Origin: Candidatus Methylomirabilota bacterium
Lineage (GTDB): Bacteria > Methylomirabilota > Methylomirabilia > Rokubacteriales > CSP1-6
NCBI GenBank assembly: GCA_046727415.1
Contig: JBKPCO010000112.1
Location: forward strand, 1 to 61,034
Direction of reading: 5' to 3'
Length of the DNA: 61,034 nucleotides
Shown: positions 28,930 to 37,524 of the stretch, piece after piece
How positions within the stretch are numbered: position 1 is the first letter of the stretch
How the letters are laid out: each line of letters starts with the position of its first letter
Program-made: the position numbers and the translations under genes
Notes under the pieces: model-generated
Database searches by the model: none
What the model was told of the DNA's origin: nothing
Seen by the model: only the letters and a program-made list of their open reading frames with translations

Positions 28930-31170
28930 CTACTGCAGGACGCGGTCGGCGCGACGAACGAGTGACTCGGGCAGGGTCAAGCCGAGGGTGCGCGCGGTCT
29001 TGAGGTTCACGACGAGCTCGGAGCGGGACGGCTCCTCGACAGGAAGGTCGCGCGGGTTCGTCGGGCCGAGAATCTTGCCGATGTACGCGCCCGCCCGCCG
29101 GTAGATCGCCGGCGTGCTCGGTCCGTACGCGACGAGACCACCGGCTTCGGCGAACTCGGCGGAGCCGTAGACTGCAGGGATCCGGGCGCGATTGGCGAGA
29201 TCGATCAGACGTGGGAGGTAGACCAACGCGGCGGGGCCGCCGGGAACGACGATCGCCTCGGCCCGCTCGCCGGCCGGCCGAGCCAGAAGGCTTCCGAGCG
29301 CGTCGCCCTCGTGAAGAGGATAGGCCTGGATCGTCACCCCCGCATTCGCGGCGGCGCCCTGGACGGTCGCCAGCTCTCCGCGACTCGACGCGTCCACCGC
29401 GTAGAGCACCGCGACCCGGCTGAGCCCCGGACGCATTTCCTTCAGGAGCCGCAGCCAGCTGCGGGCGAGATCCGACGACGCATAGGTGACGCCGGTCACG
29501 TTGCCGCTCGCTCCGCCCGCATCGGAGCCGACGATGACGATCGGGATCGTGCTGGTCGCCTGCTTCGCGGCCTGGCTCGCCTGATTGCCGACGGCGAACA
29601 CGACGTCGACCTTGAGCTGCACGAGTTCGGTGGCGAGTTCCGGCAGCCGGTCGACCCGCCCGCCGGCGTAGCGATACTCGAACGCGATTTCTCGCGGATA
29701 GCCGACGAGCGATTGCCGCACGATGTCCTGATACGAGGACGAGACTCGGCCGGGGTCGAGCCAGCCCACTCGATAAATTCGCTTCTCGGCTTGTGGCTCG
29801 GCCACCGCCGTCAGGCTCGAGTTCGTGCCCAGCGCGACGGCCGCGGTCCTCGCCGACGGTCGCGTGTCCGGCGGAATGGCCCTCGTCGCGGCATCCCGCG
29901 AGGCCGGCGGCGTGGTCGCGCGCGCCTCTTCGGCAGGAGTGCTGGAGATCGCCGACTTGGCCGGCGGTACACTCACCGCTGCCTGCGGGACAGGCGGCAG
30001 CGGTGCGGCCGCCGTCGGCAGTGTCGGCTTCGCAGCAGAAGGTGGCGCGCTGACCGGAGCGGCAGGCGGCGCGACGGCCTGCGGCGCAGCGGCGGGCCTG
30101 GTCGCGGATTCCGATCGGGACGTCGGGCTCGCGGAAGGAATTCGGAGACTGACCGACGGCGCTGATGCCGCCGATTGCCTCGACAATGACTGCAGCCCGG
30201 ACAGGCCCCAGATCGTCAGCACGACGGAGGCGGCGGCCGCCACGGCGCTGCCCACGAACATGGCCACCCGCTTCCATCGGATCGAGCCGTTCGGGGCGCC
30301 GTTGGACGGCACCGGAACAGTCGTCTCGCCCCAGAGGCTGTTGAGCATCTCGTGCATCCACGGGCGCCGATACGGATCCTTCTCGAGCGCCTGCATGACG
30401 ATGCTCTCCATCGACGCCGGCAGGGCACGCCGCCGGCGCATGGGCGCGGGCGTACCGTTGGGCTGCTTCGCGACAACAGTGCCCAGCGTCGACGCCTGGA
30501 ACGGCGGTCCACCGCAGAATACGTCGTAGACGAGAAGGCCGAAGGCATAGGTGTCCGCCTTCTCGGTCCACGGAGCCTTGCCGGTCTGCTCCGGCGCCAG
30601 GTACTCCGCCGGCGCTTTGTCGTCGCGGAGCGTCGGCGTGTCGCGCAGACCGGCCAGCTCGATGTCCATCAGCTTGACGCGGCCGTCCGCGAGCAGCATG
30701 ACGTTCCGGGGCCGGATCGCCCCGTGCAAGAGGCCCAGGTTGTGCAGCACCTCGATCGCGCCACCCAGGTCGAGGACCCACTTTCGCACGGGGTCGAAAT
30801 CGAGCGGGTTGCCCGCCGCCAGGATCTCGCTCAGCCGACGCCCCTCGACGAGCTCCGTCACGATGAAAACGCGGCCGGGCTCGACCTCGCCCACCTCCAG
30901 GACGCCGACGAGCGACGGGTGCGACGTGGGGGCGGCCATGATCGATCGGCTGGTGTTCTGGATGATCCGCGCGACGTTGGGCACCGCCGACGCCGCGGGC
31001 GGCAAGACGCGAATCGCCACGCGCCGGGGGGTCTGCTCGTCGTCCGCGACAAACACGGTGCCGAAGGCGCCGGTGCCCAACTCGCGGACGATCCGGTAGC
31101 GATCGTGGACAAGCTGCCAGGGAATGACGGGCTCGCCCGTCTGGCCGGCCTGAGGCTCACTGATGCTCAT
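28930..31170 (-). CDS. Hanks-type kinase-like (predicted pseudokinase) / TM / periplasmic PF04392-like receptor, paralog 2
   Basis: 746 aa with the same substitutions as paralog 1 ('VAIRVL', 'HGAIRPRN', 'DIE'). GGAGGA SD. Starts 40 nt after the PhnD-like gene. Confidence 0.85.
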   Translation of the reverse strand: MSISEPQAGQTGEPVIPWQLVHDRYRIVRELGTGAFGTVFVADDEQTPRRVAIRVLPPAASAVPNVARIIQNTSRSIMAAPTSHPSLVGVLEVGEVEPGRVFIVTELVEGRRLSEILAAGNPLDFDPVRKWVLDLGGAIEVLHNLGLLHGAIRPRNVMLLADGRVKLMDIELAGLRDTPTLRDDKAPAEYLAPEQTGKAPWTEKADTYAFGLLVYDVFCGGPPFQASTLGTVVAKQPNGTPAPMRRRRALPASMESIVMQALEKDPYRRPWMHEMLNSLWGETTVPVPSNGAPNGSIRWKRVAMFVGSAVAAAASVVLTIWGLSGLQSLSRQSAASAPSVSLRIPSASPTSRSESATRPAAAPQAVAPPAAPVSAPPSAAKPTLPTAAAPLPPVPQAAVSVPPAKSAISSTPAEEARATTPPASRDAATRAIPPDTRPSARTAAVALGTNSSLTAVAEPQAEKRIYRVGWLDPGRVSSSYQDIVRQSLVGYPREIAFEYRYAGGRVDRLPELATELVQLKVDVVFAVGNQASQAAKQATSTIPIVIVGSDAGGASGNVTGVTYASSDLARSWLRLLKEMRPGLSRVAVLYAVDASSRGELATVQGAAANAGVTIQAYPLHEGDALGSLLARPAGERAEAIVVPGGPAALVYLPRLIDLANRARIPAVYGSAEFAEAGGLVAYGPSTPAIYRRAGAYIGKILGPTNPRDLPVEEPSRSELVVNLKTARTLGLTLPESLVRRADRVLQ

Positions 31171-31210
31171 GGTGTCCTCCGGCGGAGCTTCGTCTCCGTC
31201 CCCGACCGAC

Positions 31211-32065
31211 TCAGAACGGAATCTTCAGTCGCTGGGCGACTTCGCGATGGATGTCGTAGTCGAAGTCGTTCGATACGACGATCTCCTTGTACTGGATCGA
31301 CTGCAGAATGTCCTTGCCCTCGGGGACCCAGTTCAGCTTGAGCATCGCCCGCTGGATCTTCGCAACGACGCTCCGATAGAGCCGAGGATGCACCGCGAAC
31401 GGTTGGGGCGCCACTTCCTCCGTTCGGGCGAGCACTCCCAGCTTCTCACGCTGCTCCGGAGCGAGGGCGTTGAAGCTCCGGGGCACTCCGCCGCCGGCCG
31501 CCGCCTTGCCCTCGAGAACCGCCTTGTAGACCGCATCGTGCGAGCCGGTGTAGATGGTCTCGACCTGGTCCGGTGCCACGCCGGCCTTGGCGATGAGGGC
31601 CTGCACGAGGAGCGTACCGCCGATCGCATCGGGCGCCGAGTAGGCCACCTTCTTGCCGAGCAGCTCCTTCGTCGACTTCGGGCCGTCTTCCTTGAGTGTG
31701 ACCAAGAGACCGGCGATTCGCGTCGTATCCCGTGCAATCGCCACGTAGCCGAGCCGCTTGTTCGCCTGCACATACGTCAGCGGGTTACCCCACCAGATGT
31801 CGTAGCGGCCCTCGAGGACGCGCTTCTGGAACTCCTCGATCGACGACGCCGTCTCGAAGGCGAACGGGTGTCCGACCTCTTTCTCGAGATAGCGGAAGAA
31901 CGGCGCCCACATCGCGCGGACCTTCTCGGGCTCCTGCTGGGGCGCGATGCCGAAGAGAATCGGCTCGTCGCCGTGGGGGTGGGCGAGCGCCACGGCCGGG
32001 GCCACGAGCAGAAGCGCGAGACCCAGGGTCGAGATCATCGAGGTCTTCAATAGAGCTCTGCGCAT
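31211..32065 (-). CDS. PhnD-like (phosphonate-bd fold) periplasmic binding protein, no cognate ABC genes adjacent
   Basis: 284 aa from the ATG at 32065 (GGAGG SD). Signal peptide 'LALLLVAPAVALA'. PF12974-like 'ILFGIAPQQEP...' and 'GSHDAVYKAVLEGKAAAGG'. The 468-aa ORF-track entry over-extends the N-terminus. Confidence 0.85.
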   Translation of the reverse strand: MRRALLKTSMISTLGLALLLVAPAVALAHPHGDEPILFGIAPQQEPEKVRAMWAPFFRYLEKEVGHPFAFETASSIEEFQKRVLEGRYDIWWGNPLTYVQANKRLGYVAIARDTTRIAGLLVTLKEDGPKSTKELLGKKVAYSAPDAIGGTLLVQALIAKAGVAPDQVETIYTGSHDAVYKAVLEGKAAAGGGVPRSFNALAPEQREKLGVLARTEEVAPQPFAVHPRLYRSVVAKIQRAMLKLNWVPEGKDILQSIQYKEIVVSNDFDYDIHREVAQRLKIPF

Positions 32066-32089
32066 CGTCCGTCCTCCATATCCAGCGCC

Positions 32090-32119
32090 GTTCAGGGTCG
32101 GATGGTTCAGGGTCGGATG
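32090..32119. repeat. Perfect 15-bp tandem duplication (GTTCAGGGTCGGATG x2) spanning the DsrE-like stop codon
   Basis: 32090-32104 equals 32105-32119. On the coding strand this duplicates 'ATC CGA CCC TGA' (IRP-stop). Confidence 0.9.
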
Positions 32120-32565
32120 TACGTGTACCCGGCCTCTTGGAGCTCCATGAGCCGCACCACACCGCCCTGCGGGAGAATCAGGGATTTCTCGGGCAGCTGG
32201 TCGGCCGTAATGGAGAAGTTCTTCATCGTGTTGCCGCACGCGCCGAACGTCATGCCCTGCATCTGCAGCGCCTCGAGCGACTGCTTCAGCGCGGGATCGA
32301 TGCCGTCCTTCGCGAACCCTTTCAACGCCGGACCGAAGACCACGAGCTCGAGGGCTTCGATGTTCTGCCACCCGCCGACGCCCGCCACGTGATTGCGCAT
32401 GTTCCCAAGCACGAACTTCGCCTTGTCGAGGCCCGCGTCGTCCAGCTGGTAGACGATCCGGTGCTTGCGCGGGTGCTCCTTCAGATGCGCGGCGTCCGCC
32501 TGCACCAACGCGACCATGACGATTGCCACCACAAGACCCGGGACCCAGCTGCGCCAGACGTTCAT
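32107..32565 (-). CDS. Exported DsrE/DsrF-like (COG1416-type) protein
   Basis: 152 aa with an N-terminal signal or anchor 'LVVAIVMVALVQADA'. 'IVYQLDD...', 'GMTFGACGNTM' and 'LQEAGYTYIRP' are typical of the family. Confidence 0.8.
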   Translation of the reverse strand: MNVWRSWVPGLVVAIVMVALVQADAAHLKEHPRKHRIVYQLDDAGLDKAKFVLGNMRNHVAGVGGWQNIEALELVVFGPALKGFAKDGIDPALKQSLEALQMQGMTFGACGNTMKNFSITADQLPEKSLILPQGGVVRLMELQEAGYTYIRP

Positions 32566-32596
32566 TCATCGCTCCTGTTGTGTGGAAGTCCTGATG

Positions 32597-32612
32597 GGCA
32601 AGTACGATGCCA
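32597..32612 (-). promoter_or_regulatory. Sigma-54 (-24/-12)-like element upstream of the DsrE-like gene
   Basis: Minus strand TGGCATCGTACTTGCC with correct GG-N10-GC spacing. The -12 GC lies about 33 nt upstream of the ATG at 32565. AGGAG SD follows. Confidence 0.55.
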
Positions 32613-32831
32613 CACACTCCGCGGCCGGCAATGAAACCGGAAATCTGTCACCCATCGAGTCTCACGGACCCGAACGTCTTGTCAACGTTTCCTCCTCGGC
32701 GGGCCCGTGGCTCGGCGGGCTGTGAGCGTGGCATCGGGGCGCGACGGGCGGGCACGACCGACACTGAAACTGTGTGCACATTGAGGGTAAGGACCTGCAG
32801 GCCCTGGCCAACATGCTGGTTTTCCGGCAGC

Positions 32832-32861
32832 CTGACGCGGTCTCTCACGTTCGGGTAGAAT
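32832..32861 (+). promoter_or_regulatory. Candidate sigma-70 promoter (CTGACG-18-TAGAAT) for the carbamoylase/hydantoinase operon
   Basis: -35 at 32832-32837 and -10 TAGAAT at 32856-32861, about 40 nt upstream of the ATG at 32900. Confidence 0.35.
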
Positions 32862-32899
32862 CACGCCCGGATAGAGCCCGAACCCCCAGGAGGATCGTG

Positions 32900-33784
32900 A
32901 TGCCCCGCTGGCTGAAGATCGGTGCCGCTCAGATGGGGCCCAACCAGGACGGCACACCGCGGGAGGCGATCATCGAGCGCATGCTGGCGCTCCTCGAGAC
33001 TGCCGCGCGCGACGGCGTCGAGCTGATCGTGTATCCCGAGATGGCGTTGACGACGTACTTCCCCAAGCGCGTCCGGCAGGACTACGACCAGTTCTTCGAG
33101 ACCGAAGTTCCGCCCAAGGCGCTCGAGCCGCTCCTGCGGCAAGCCGCCGAAGCGCGCGTTGCGATACACGTCGGCTTCTGCGAGAAGGCGGACGGCAAGT
33201 ACTTCAATACCGCCCTCCTGACCGATCGCGACGGGCGCCTGTGCGGAACGTTTCGGAAGATCCATCTGCCCGGCACGAAGATTCCCGACGGATTCGCGCA
33301 GGTGCACGAGCCCTACTACTTCGCCCACGGCGACACCGGCTACCGTGTGTTCGACGCGGTCGGCGCGAAGGTCGGCATCGCGATCTGCCAGGATCGGCGC
33401 TACCCCGAGAGCTACCGCGCGCTCGGCCTGCAGGGCGCCGAGATCATCCTGATCGGCTACAACACGCCGCTCTCGCCCCTGGCGCTCGATCTGAACGAGC
33501 TCTGCATGCGCGCCGGCGCCTACGCGAACCTTTGCTTCGTGGTGGGCGTGGCCAAGGCCGGCGTGGAAGACGGCGTCGAGCTGATCGCCGGCACCTGCAT
33601 CATCGACCCGCAGGGCCAGGTGCTGGCCAAGGCGGCGACGCGGGGTGACGAGCTCGTCGCCGCGCGCGTCGACCTCGACCAGATGGGACCCCTGCGCAAG
33701 CGCTGGAACTTCCTCGGACGGCGCCAGCCGCAGCACTACGGCCTCTTGCTGCAGCCGGTGACCGAGAAGGAGCCGAACCGATGA
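32900..33784 (+). CDS. N-carbamoyl-D-amino-acid hydrolase-like CN-hydrolase (nitrilase superfamily)
   Basis: 294 aa from the ATG at 32900 (AGGAGG SD). 'YPEMAL', 'RKIHLP' and 'GIAICQDRRYPE' match the Glu/Lys/Cys triad context. Confidence 0.85.
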   Translation: MPRWLKIGAAQMGPNQDGTPREAIIERMLALLETAARDGVELIVYPEMALTTYFPKRVRQDYDQFFETEVPPKALEPLLRQAAEARVAIHVGFCEKADGKYFNTALLTDRDGRLCGTFRKIHLPGTKIPDGFAQVHEPYYFAHGDTGYRVFDAVGAKVGIAICQDRRYPESYRALGLQGAEIILIGYNTPLSPLALDLNELCMRAGAYANLCFVVGVAKAGVEDGVELIAGTCIIDPQGQVLAKAATRGDELVAARVDLDQMGPLRKRWNFLGRRQPQHYGLLLQPVTEKEPNR

Positions 33785-35196
33785 GCGCGGGAGTCGATAT
33801 CGTCGTCCGCGGCGGTCAGGTGGTCACCGGCTCGGACGTCGTCGACGCCGCGGTCGCCATCCGCGGCGACACGATCGTCGCGATCGGGCCCGAATCGCTC
33901 CTGCCGCCTGCCGAGCGGGTCATCGACGCCTCCGGCAAGTACGTGCTGCCGGGGCTCATCGACTGCCACCTGCACATCGGCCCGGAGTACGACGACTGGC
34001 GCACGGCGCCGATGGCGGCGGCGCGCACCGGGCTCACGACGCTCCTGCCGTTCGTGATCTACGACGAGGGCGAGACGCTCCCGAAGGCGGTCGCGCGCCT
34101 GCGCGAGGAAGCCGAGTCGCTCTCGGTCCTCGACTTCGGCTTTCACTTCATCCTGAACCACGAGCCGTACATCCTCGAAGGCATTCCCGAAGCCTTCCGC
34201 ATGGGCGTCTCGTCGCTCAAGCTCTTCATGACGTACAAGAAGCGCGGCAAGCGCATGGTCTCCGACGAGTTCATCGCCAAGACCATGGAGCGTCTGGCCG
34301 CGCTCGGCGGCATGTGCCAGCTGCACTGCGAGAACGGCGACGTCCTCTGCTATCTCGAGGACAAGGCGATCGCCGAGGGTCGCACGGCGCCGACCGACTT
34401 TCCCCCGACCTGTCCGGACTGGACGGAGGAGGAGGCGATCAACCGCGCGATCCTCATCGGGCGTCTCACCGGGTGCCCGGTCTACGTCGTGCACCTGTCG
34501 ACGAAGCTCGGCCTCGAGCGCATCAAGCGCGCGCAGGCCGAGGGCCAGAAGGTGTGGTGCGAGACCTGCCCGCAATATCTGCTCCTCACCGACAAGGAGA
34601 TGGAGCGGCTTGGCCCATTCGCCAAGATCGGCCCGCCGCTGCGCCCCGCCGCCGGGCCGGATCGCGAGGCGCTCTGGCAAGGCTCGGCGCAGGGCTATAT
34701 CGCGAACCTTGCCAGCGATCACTCGCCGCGCGTGCCGGCGGCGAAGGAGCCGGGACGCACGAACATCTTCGTCGACGCGGCGGGCAAGCCCATTCCGTTC
34801 GGCGCGCCCTCACTCGAGACGCTCGTGCCGCTCGCCTGGAACGAAGGCGTGGTGAAGCGCGGGCTGCCGGTCACCTGGATGGCCCGCGTGCTCGCCGAGA
34901 ATCCGGCGCGCACGTTCGGTCTCTGGCCCAAGAAGGGCGTGATCCGCCCGGGCGCCGACGCCGACCTGACGATCTGGGATCCGGCGCCCGAGTGGACCAT
35001 CAAGCAGGCGCAGCACCTCGGCATCGCCGGCTTCACGCCGTACGAGGACTGGACAGTGCGCGGGCGCGCGTGGATGACGCTCGTGCGCGGTCAGGTCATG
35101 CTGAACCCGGCGGGCGAGCTGGAGCAGAAGCCCGGCTACGGGCGCTTCCTGCCCCGGCGCGGCCCCGCGCCGCCGATCGCCGGCGCCGTCGCCTGA
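33781..35196 (+). CDS. D-hydantoinase / dihydropyrimidinase (cyclic amidohydrolase)
   Basis: 471 aa with 'DCHLHIG', 'SSLKLFMTY' (carbamylated Lys context), 'HCENG', 'VVHLSTK' and 'SDHSP'. The start overlaps the upstream stop (ATGA). Confidence 0.85.
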   Translation: MSAGVDIVVRGGQVVTGSDVVDAAVAIRGDTIVAIGPESLLPPAERVIDASGKYVLPGLIDCHLHIGPEYDDWRTAPMAAARTGLTTLLPFVIYDEGETLPKAVARLREEAESLSVLDFGFHFILNHEPYILEGIPEAFRMGVSSLKLFMTYKKRGKRMVSDEFIAKTMERLAALGGMCQLHCENGDVLCYLEDKAIAEGRTAPTDFPPTCPDWTEEEAINRAILIGRLTGCPVYVVHLSTKLGLERIKRAQAEGQKVWCETCPQYLLLTDKEMERLGPFAKIGPPLRPAAGPDREALWQGSAQGYIANLASDHSPRVPAAKEPGRTNIFVDAAGKPIPFGAPSLETLVPLAWNEGVVKRGLPVTWMARVLAENPARTFGLWPKKGVIRPGADADLTIWDPAPEWTIKQAQHLGIAGFTPYEDWTVRGRAWMTLVRGQVMLNPAGELEQKPGYGRFLPRRGPAPPIAGAVA

Positions 35197-35207
35197 CGGG
35201 CGCGCCC

Positions 35208-36575
35208 GTGGGTTACCTGGATCGGCTCGCGGCCTTCGTCGCCGCGACGCGCTTCGACGCCCTGCCCGCTCCCGCGGTTGACGCGGCCAAGCTCGTGCTG
35301 CTCGACACCCTCGGCGCGATCGTCGCGGGCAGCGCCGAGCCCGAGAACGTCGCGCTGGCGAAGCTGGCGGCCGCGCGCACGCCCCAGGGCACCGCGACGC
35401 TCATCGGTCAGCGCGCCAAGGCCGACCCGTTCTGGGCGGCGCTGACGAACGCGGTGGCCGGTGTCGCGCTCGAGGTCGACGAGGGCAATCGACTCGGCGG
35501 CGGCCATCCGGCCATCCACGTGGTCCCCGGAGCACTGGCCGTCGCTGAAGAGCGTGGCCTCGGCGGCCGTCGGCTGCTGGAGAGCCTGGTCGCCGGCTAC
35601 GAGGTCGGCTCGCGGATCGGCGGCGCCACCACGGTGCGGGCGAACGTCCACTCGCACGGGACGTGGGGAACGATCAGCACCGCCGTCGCCGTCGCGAGGC
35701 TCGGCGAGGCGCCGGCCGAGCGGGTCCGCGCGATCATCAACCTGGCGGCGTCGATGAGCCCGGCCAACACGTGGACCCCCGCGCTCGAGGGCGCCACGAT
35801 CCGCAACCTGTATCCGGGCCGGTCGGCCTTTCAGGGGATGCTCGCCGTCGACCTGCAGCGCTGCGGCTTCACGGGACTCGACGACGCGCCGTCTGACGTG
35901 TACGGCACGCTCCTGGCCGACGCCTTCGACGAGTCGGCCGCCGTCTCGGGCCTCGACGCGCTCGCGCGCGCCGGCGCGGAGCGCGAGCGGTACCGCATCG
36001 AGCAGAACTACTTCAAGCTCCACGCCTGCTGCCGCTTCAACCACTTCGCACTCGACGCCGTGATGGAGCTCCGCCGGGTGCATCGACTGGAGGCCTCCTC
36101 GATCGGGAAGGTGGAGGTCGTCACCATTCCCTTCGCGGTGCGGATGAGCGAGCCCGCGCCGACGAGCCCGCTGGCCGCCCGGTTCTCTATTCCCTGGGCC
36201 GTCGCGGCATCGATCGTTCTGGGCCGGACCGATCCGTCCGCGTTCGACGAGACGGCACTGTCCGACCCGCGCGTTCGCGATCTCGCGCGTCGCGTGGTGA
36301 TCGCCACCGATCCCGCGATGTCCCCGCGTCGCGTCGACGCGCCCACCGCGCGCGTCCGGATCGTGCTGCGCGATGGGCGAATGCTCGAGGAGTCGACGAC
36401 GGTCGTGCGTGGCGATGCGCTGAGCCCGGTGCCGCGCGAGGAGATCACCGCGAAGTTCCTCGCCCTGACCTCACCGGTCCTCGGCGACGCTCACGCGCGC
36501 AAGGTCGTCGAGGCCGTGGCCGAGATCGACGCCATCGGGGACATCCGCGCGCTGACCGATATGCTCTTGCTCTAG
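35208..36575 (+). CDS. MmgE/PrpD family protein
   Basis: 455 aa from the GTG at 35208. N-terminal 'LAAFVAATRFDALP...A.LVLLDTLGAIVAGS' is typical of MmgE/PrpD. Confidence 0.85.
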   Translation: MGYLDRLAAFVAATRFDALPAPAVDAAKLVLLDTLGAIVAGSAEPENVALAKLAAARTPQGTATLIGQRAKADPFWAALTNAVAGVALEVDEGNRLGGGHPAIHVVPGALAVAEERGLGGRRLLESLVAGYEVGSRIGGATTVRANVHSHGTWGTISTAVAVARLGEAPAERVRAIINLAASMSPANTWTPALEGATIRNLYPGRSAFQGMLAVDLQRCGFTGLDDAPSDVYGTLLADAFDESAAVSGLDALARAGAERERYRIEQNYFKLHACCRFNHFALDAVMELRRVHRLEASSIGKVEVVTIPFAVRMSEPAPTSPLAARFSIPWAVAASIVLGRTDPSAFDETALSDPRVRDLARRVVIATDPAMSPRRVDAPTARVRIVLRDGRMLEESTTVVRGDALSPVPREEITAKFLALTSPVLGDAHARKVVEAVAEIDAIGDIRALTDMLLL

Positions 36576-36580
36576 ACGCG

Positions 36581-37522
36581 GTGATGAAAGCGTGGGCCGC
36601 CGTCTCGGTGATCGTGGCGGTCTGGTGCGCGCCGTCCGCCGCGCGCGCGGAGTGTACGCGGTCCCACGCTGGTCCGGACGCTCCGACGGCGGTCATCCTG
36701 TCCGGTGGCGGCGCCAAGGGTGCCTACGAGGCAGGTGTGATCGCCGTGCTCGCCGAGCGTCGCGTTCCCCTGCGGATCGCCGCCGGCTCGTCGGCCGGCG
36801 CGCTCAGCGCGGCGATGCTGGTCGCGGGCCGCGCCGATCGGCTCGAGGCCATGTGGCGCTCGATTCGTCGCGAGCAGGTGTACTCGATACGCGCGCCGGT
36901 CTTTCTTGCGGGTCTACTCCCAGGCTGGCTGACGCTCTTGGCGCTGAACGGACCGAGCTCGCTCCTGGATCCGCAGCCGCTTCGCGAGCTGATCTCGACG
37001 TCGCTCGATCTCGAGCGGGTGCGTAACTCGTCCGTACGGCTGCTCGTGACCGCCACCGATCTCGTCCGCCGGGAAACGCGCGTCTTCGACAATCAGACCG
37101 TGACGGTGGACGCGCTCATGGCGGCGACGGCCGTTCCCGGCGCCTTCCCTCCGGTCGACGTGGACGGCGCCGTCCTCGTCGACGGGGGCCTCACGAGTCG
37201 GGCGCCGGTGATCGAGGCGCTCCAGGCGAGCCCGGTCCGCCGCGCCCTGGTGGTGGTGAGCTATGCAGCCGGTGAGCCGAGTGCGCCGCCAACGACCATG
37301 CGGCGCGCCCTCGACGCGGCCGTCGAGATCGCGATGCTCCACCAGATCCGGCGAGACATCGAGCTGGCGCGCCTCAGGCATCCCGACGTCGACGTGCAGG
37401 TGCTCGCGCCGTCCGTGCCTCTCCGCGTGAGGCCGCTCGAATTCGATCCGGAGGGATTGGCCCGCATCATCGACCTCGGTCGCGCCGATGCGAGCGACTG
37501 CCTCCGCGCCTGGGGCGACTGA
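36581..37522 (+). CDS. Patatin-like phospholipase, exported
   Basis: 313 aa with a signal peptide, the oxyanion 'SGGGAKGAYEAG', nucleophile 'GSSAGA' and a 'DGG' Asp motif. Confidence 0.85.
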   Translation: MMKAWAAVSVIVAVWCAPSAARAECTRSHAGPDAPTAVILSGGGAKGAYEAGVIAVLAERRVPLRIAAGSSAGALSAAMLVAGRADRLEAMWRSIRREQVYSIRAPVFLAGLLPGWLTLLALNGPSSLLDPQPLRELISTSLDLERVRNSSVRLLVTATDLVRRETRVFDNQTVTVDALMAATAVPGAFPPVDVDGAVLVDGGLTSRAPVIEALQASPVRRALVVVSYAAGEPSAPPTTMRRALDAAVEIAMLHQIRRDIELARLRHPDVDVQVLAPSVPLRVRPLEFDPEGLARIIDLGRADASDCLRAWGD

Positions 37523-37524
37523 CG

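Noticed and set aside
31211-32617. N-terminal extensions in the ORF track. Examples are 31211..32617 (468 aa), 54143..54967 (274 aa), 34314..36575 (753 aa), 51145..52452 (435 aa), 39197..40945 (582 aa), 58269..60527 (752 aa), 16088..17545 and 52905..54020.
   Set aside because: The extra N-terminal parts are Arg/Pro-rich, overlap the upstream gene, or lack homology. In each case an internal ATG or GTG with a good SD (GGAGG-type) coincides with the start of the recognisable domain or signal peptide. I used those internal starts.
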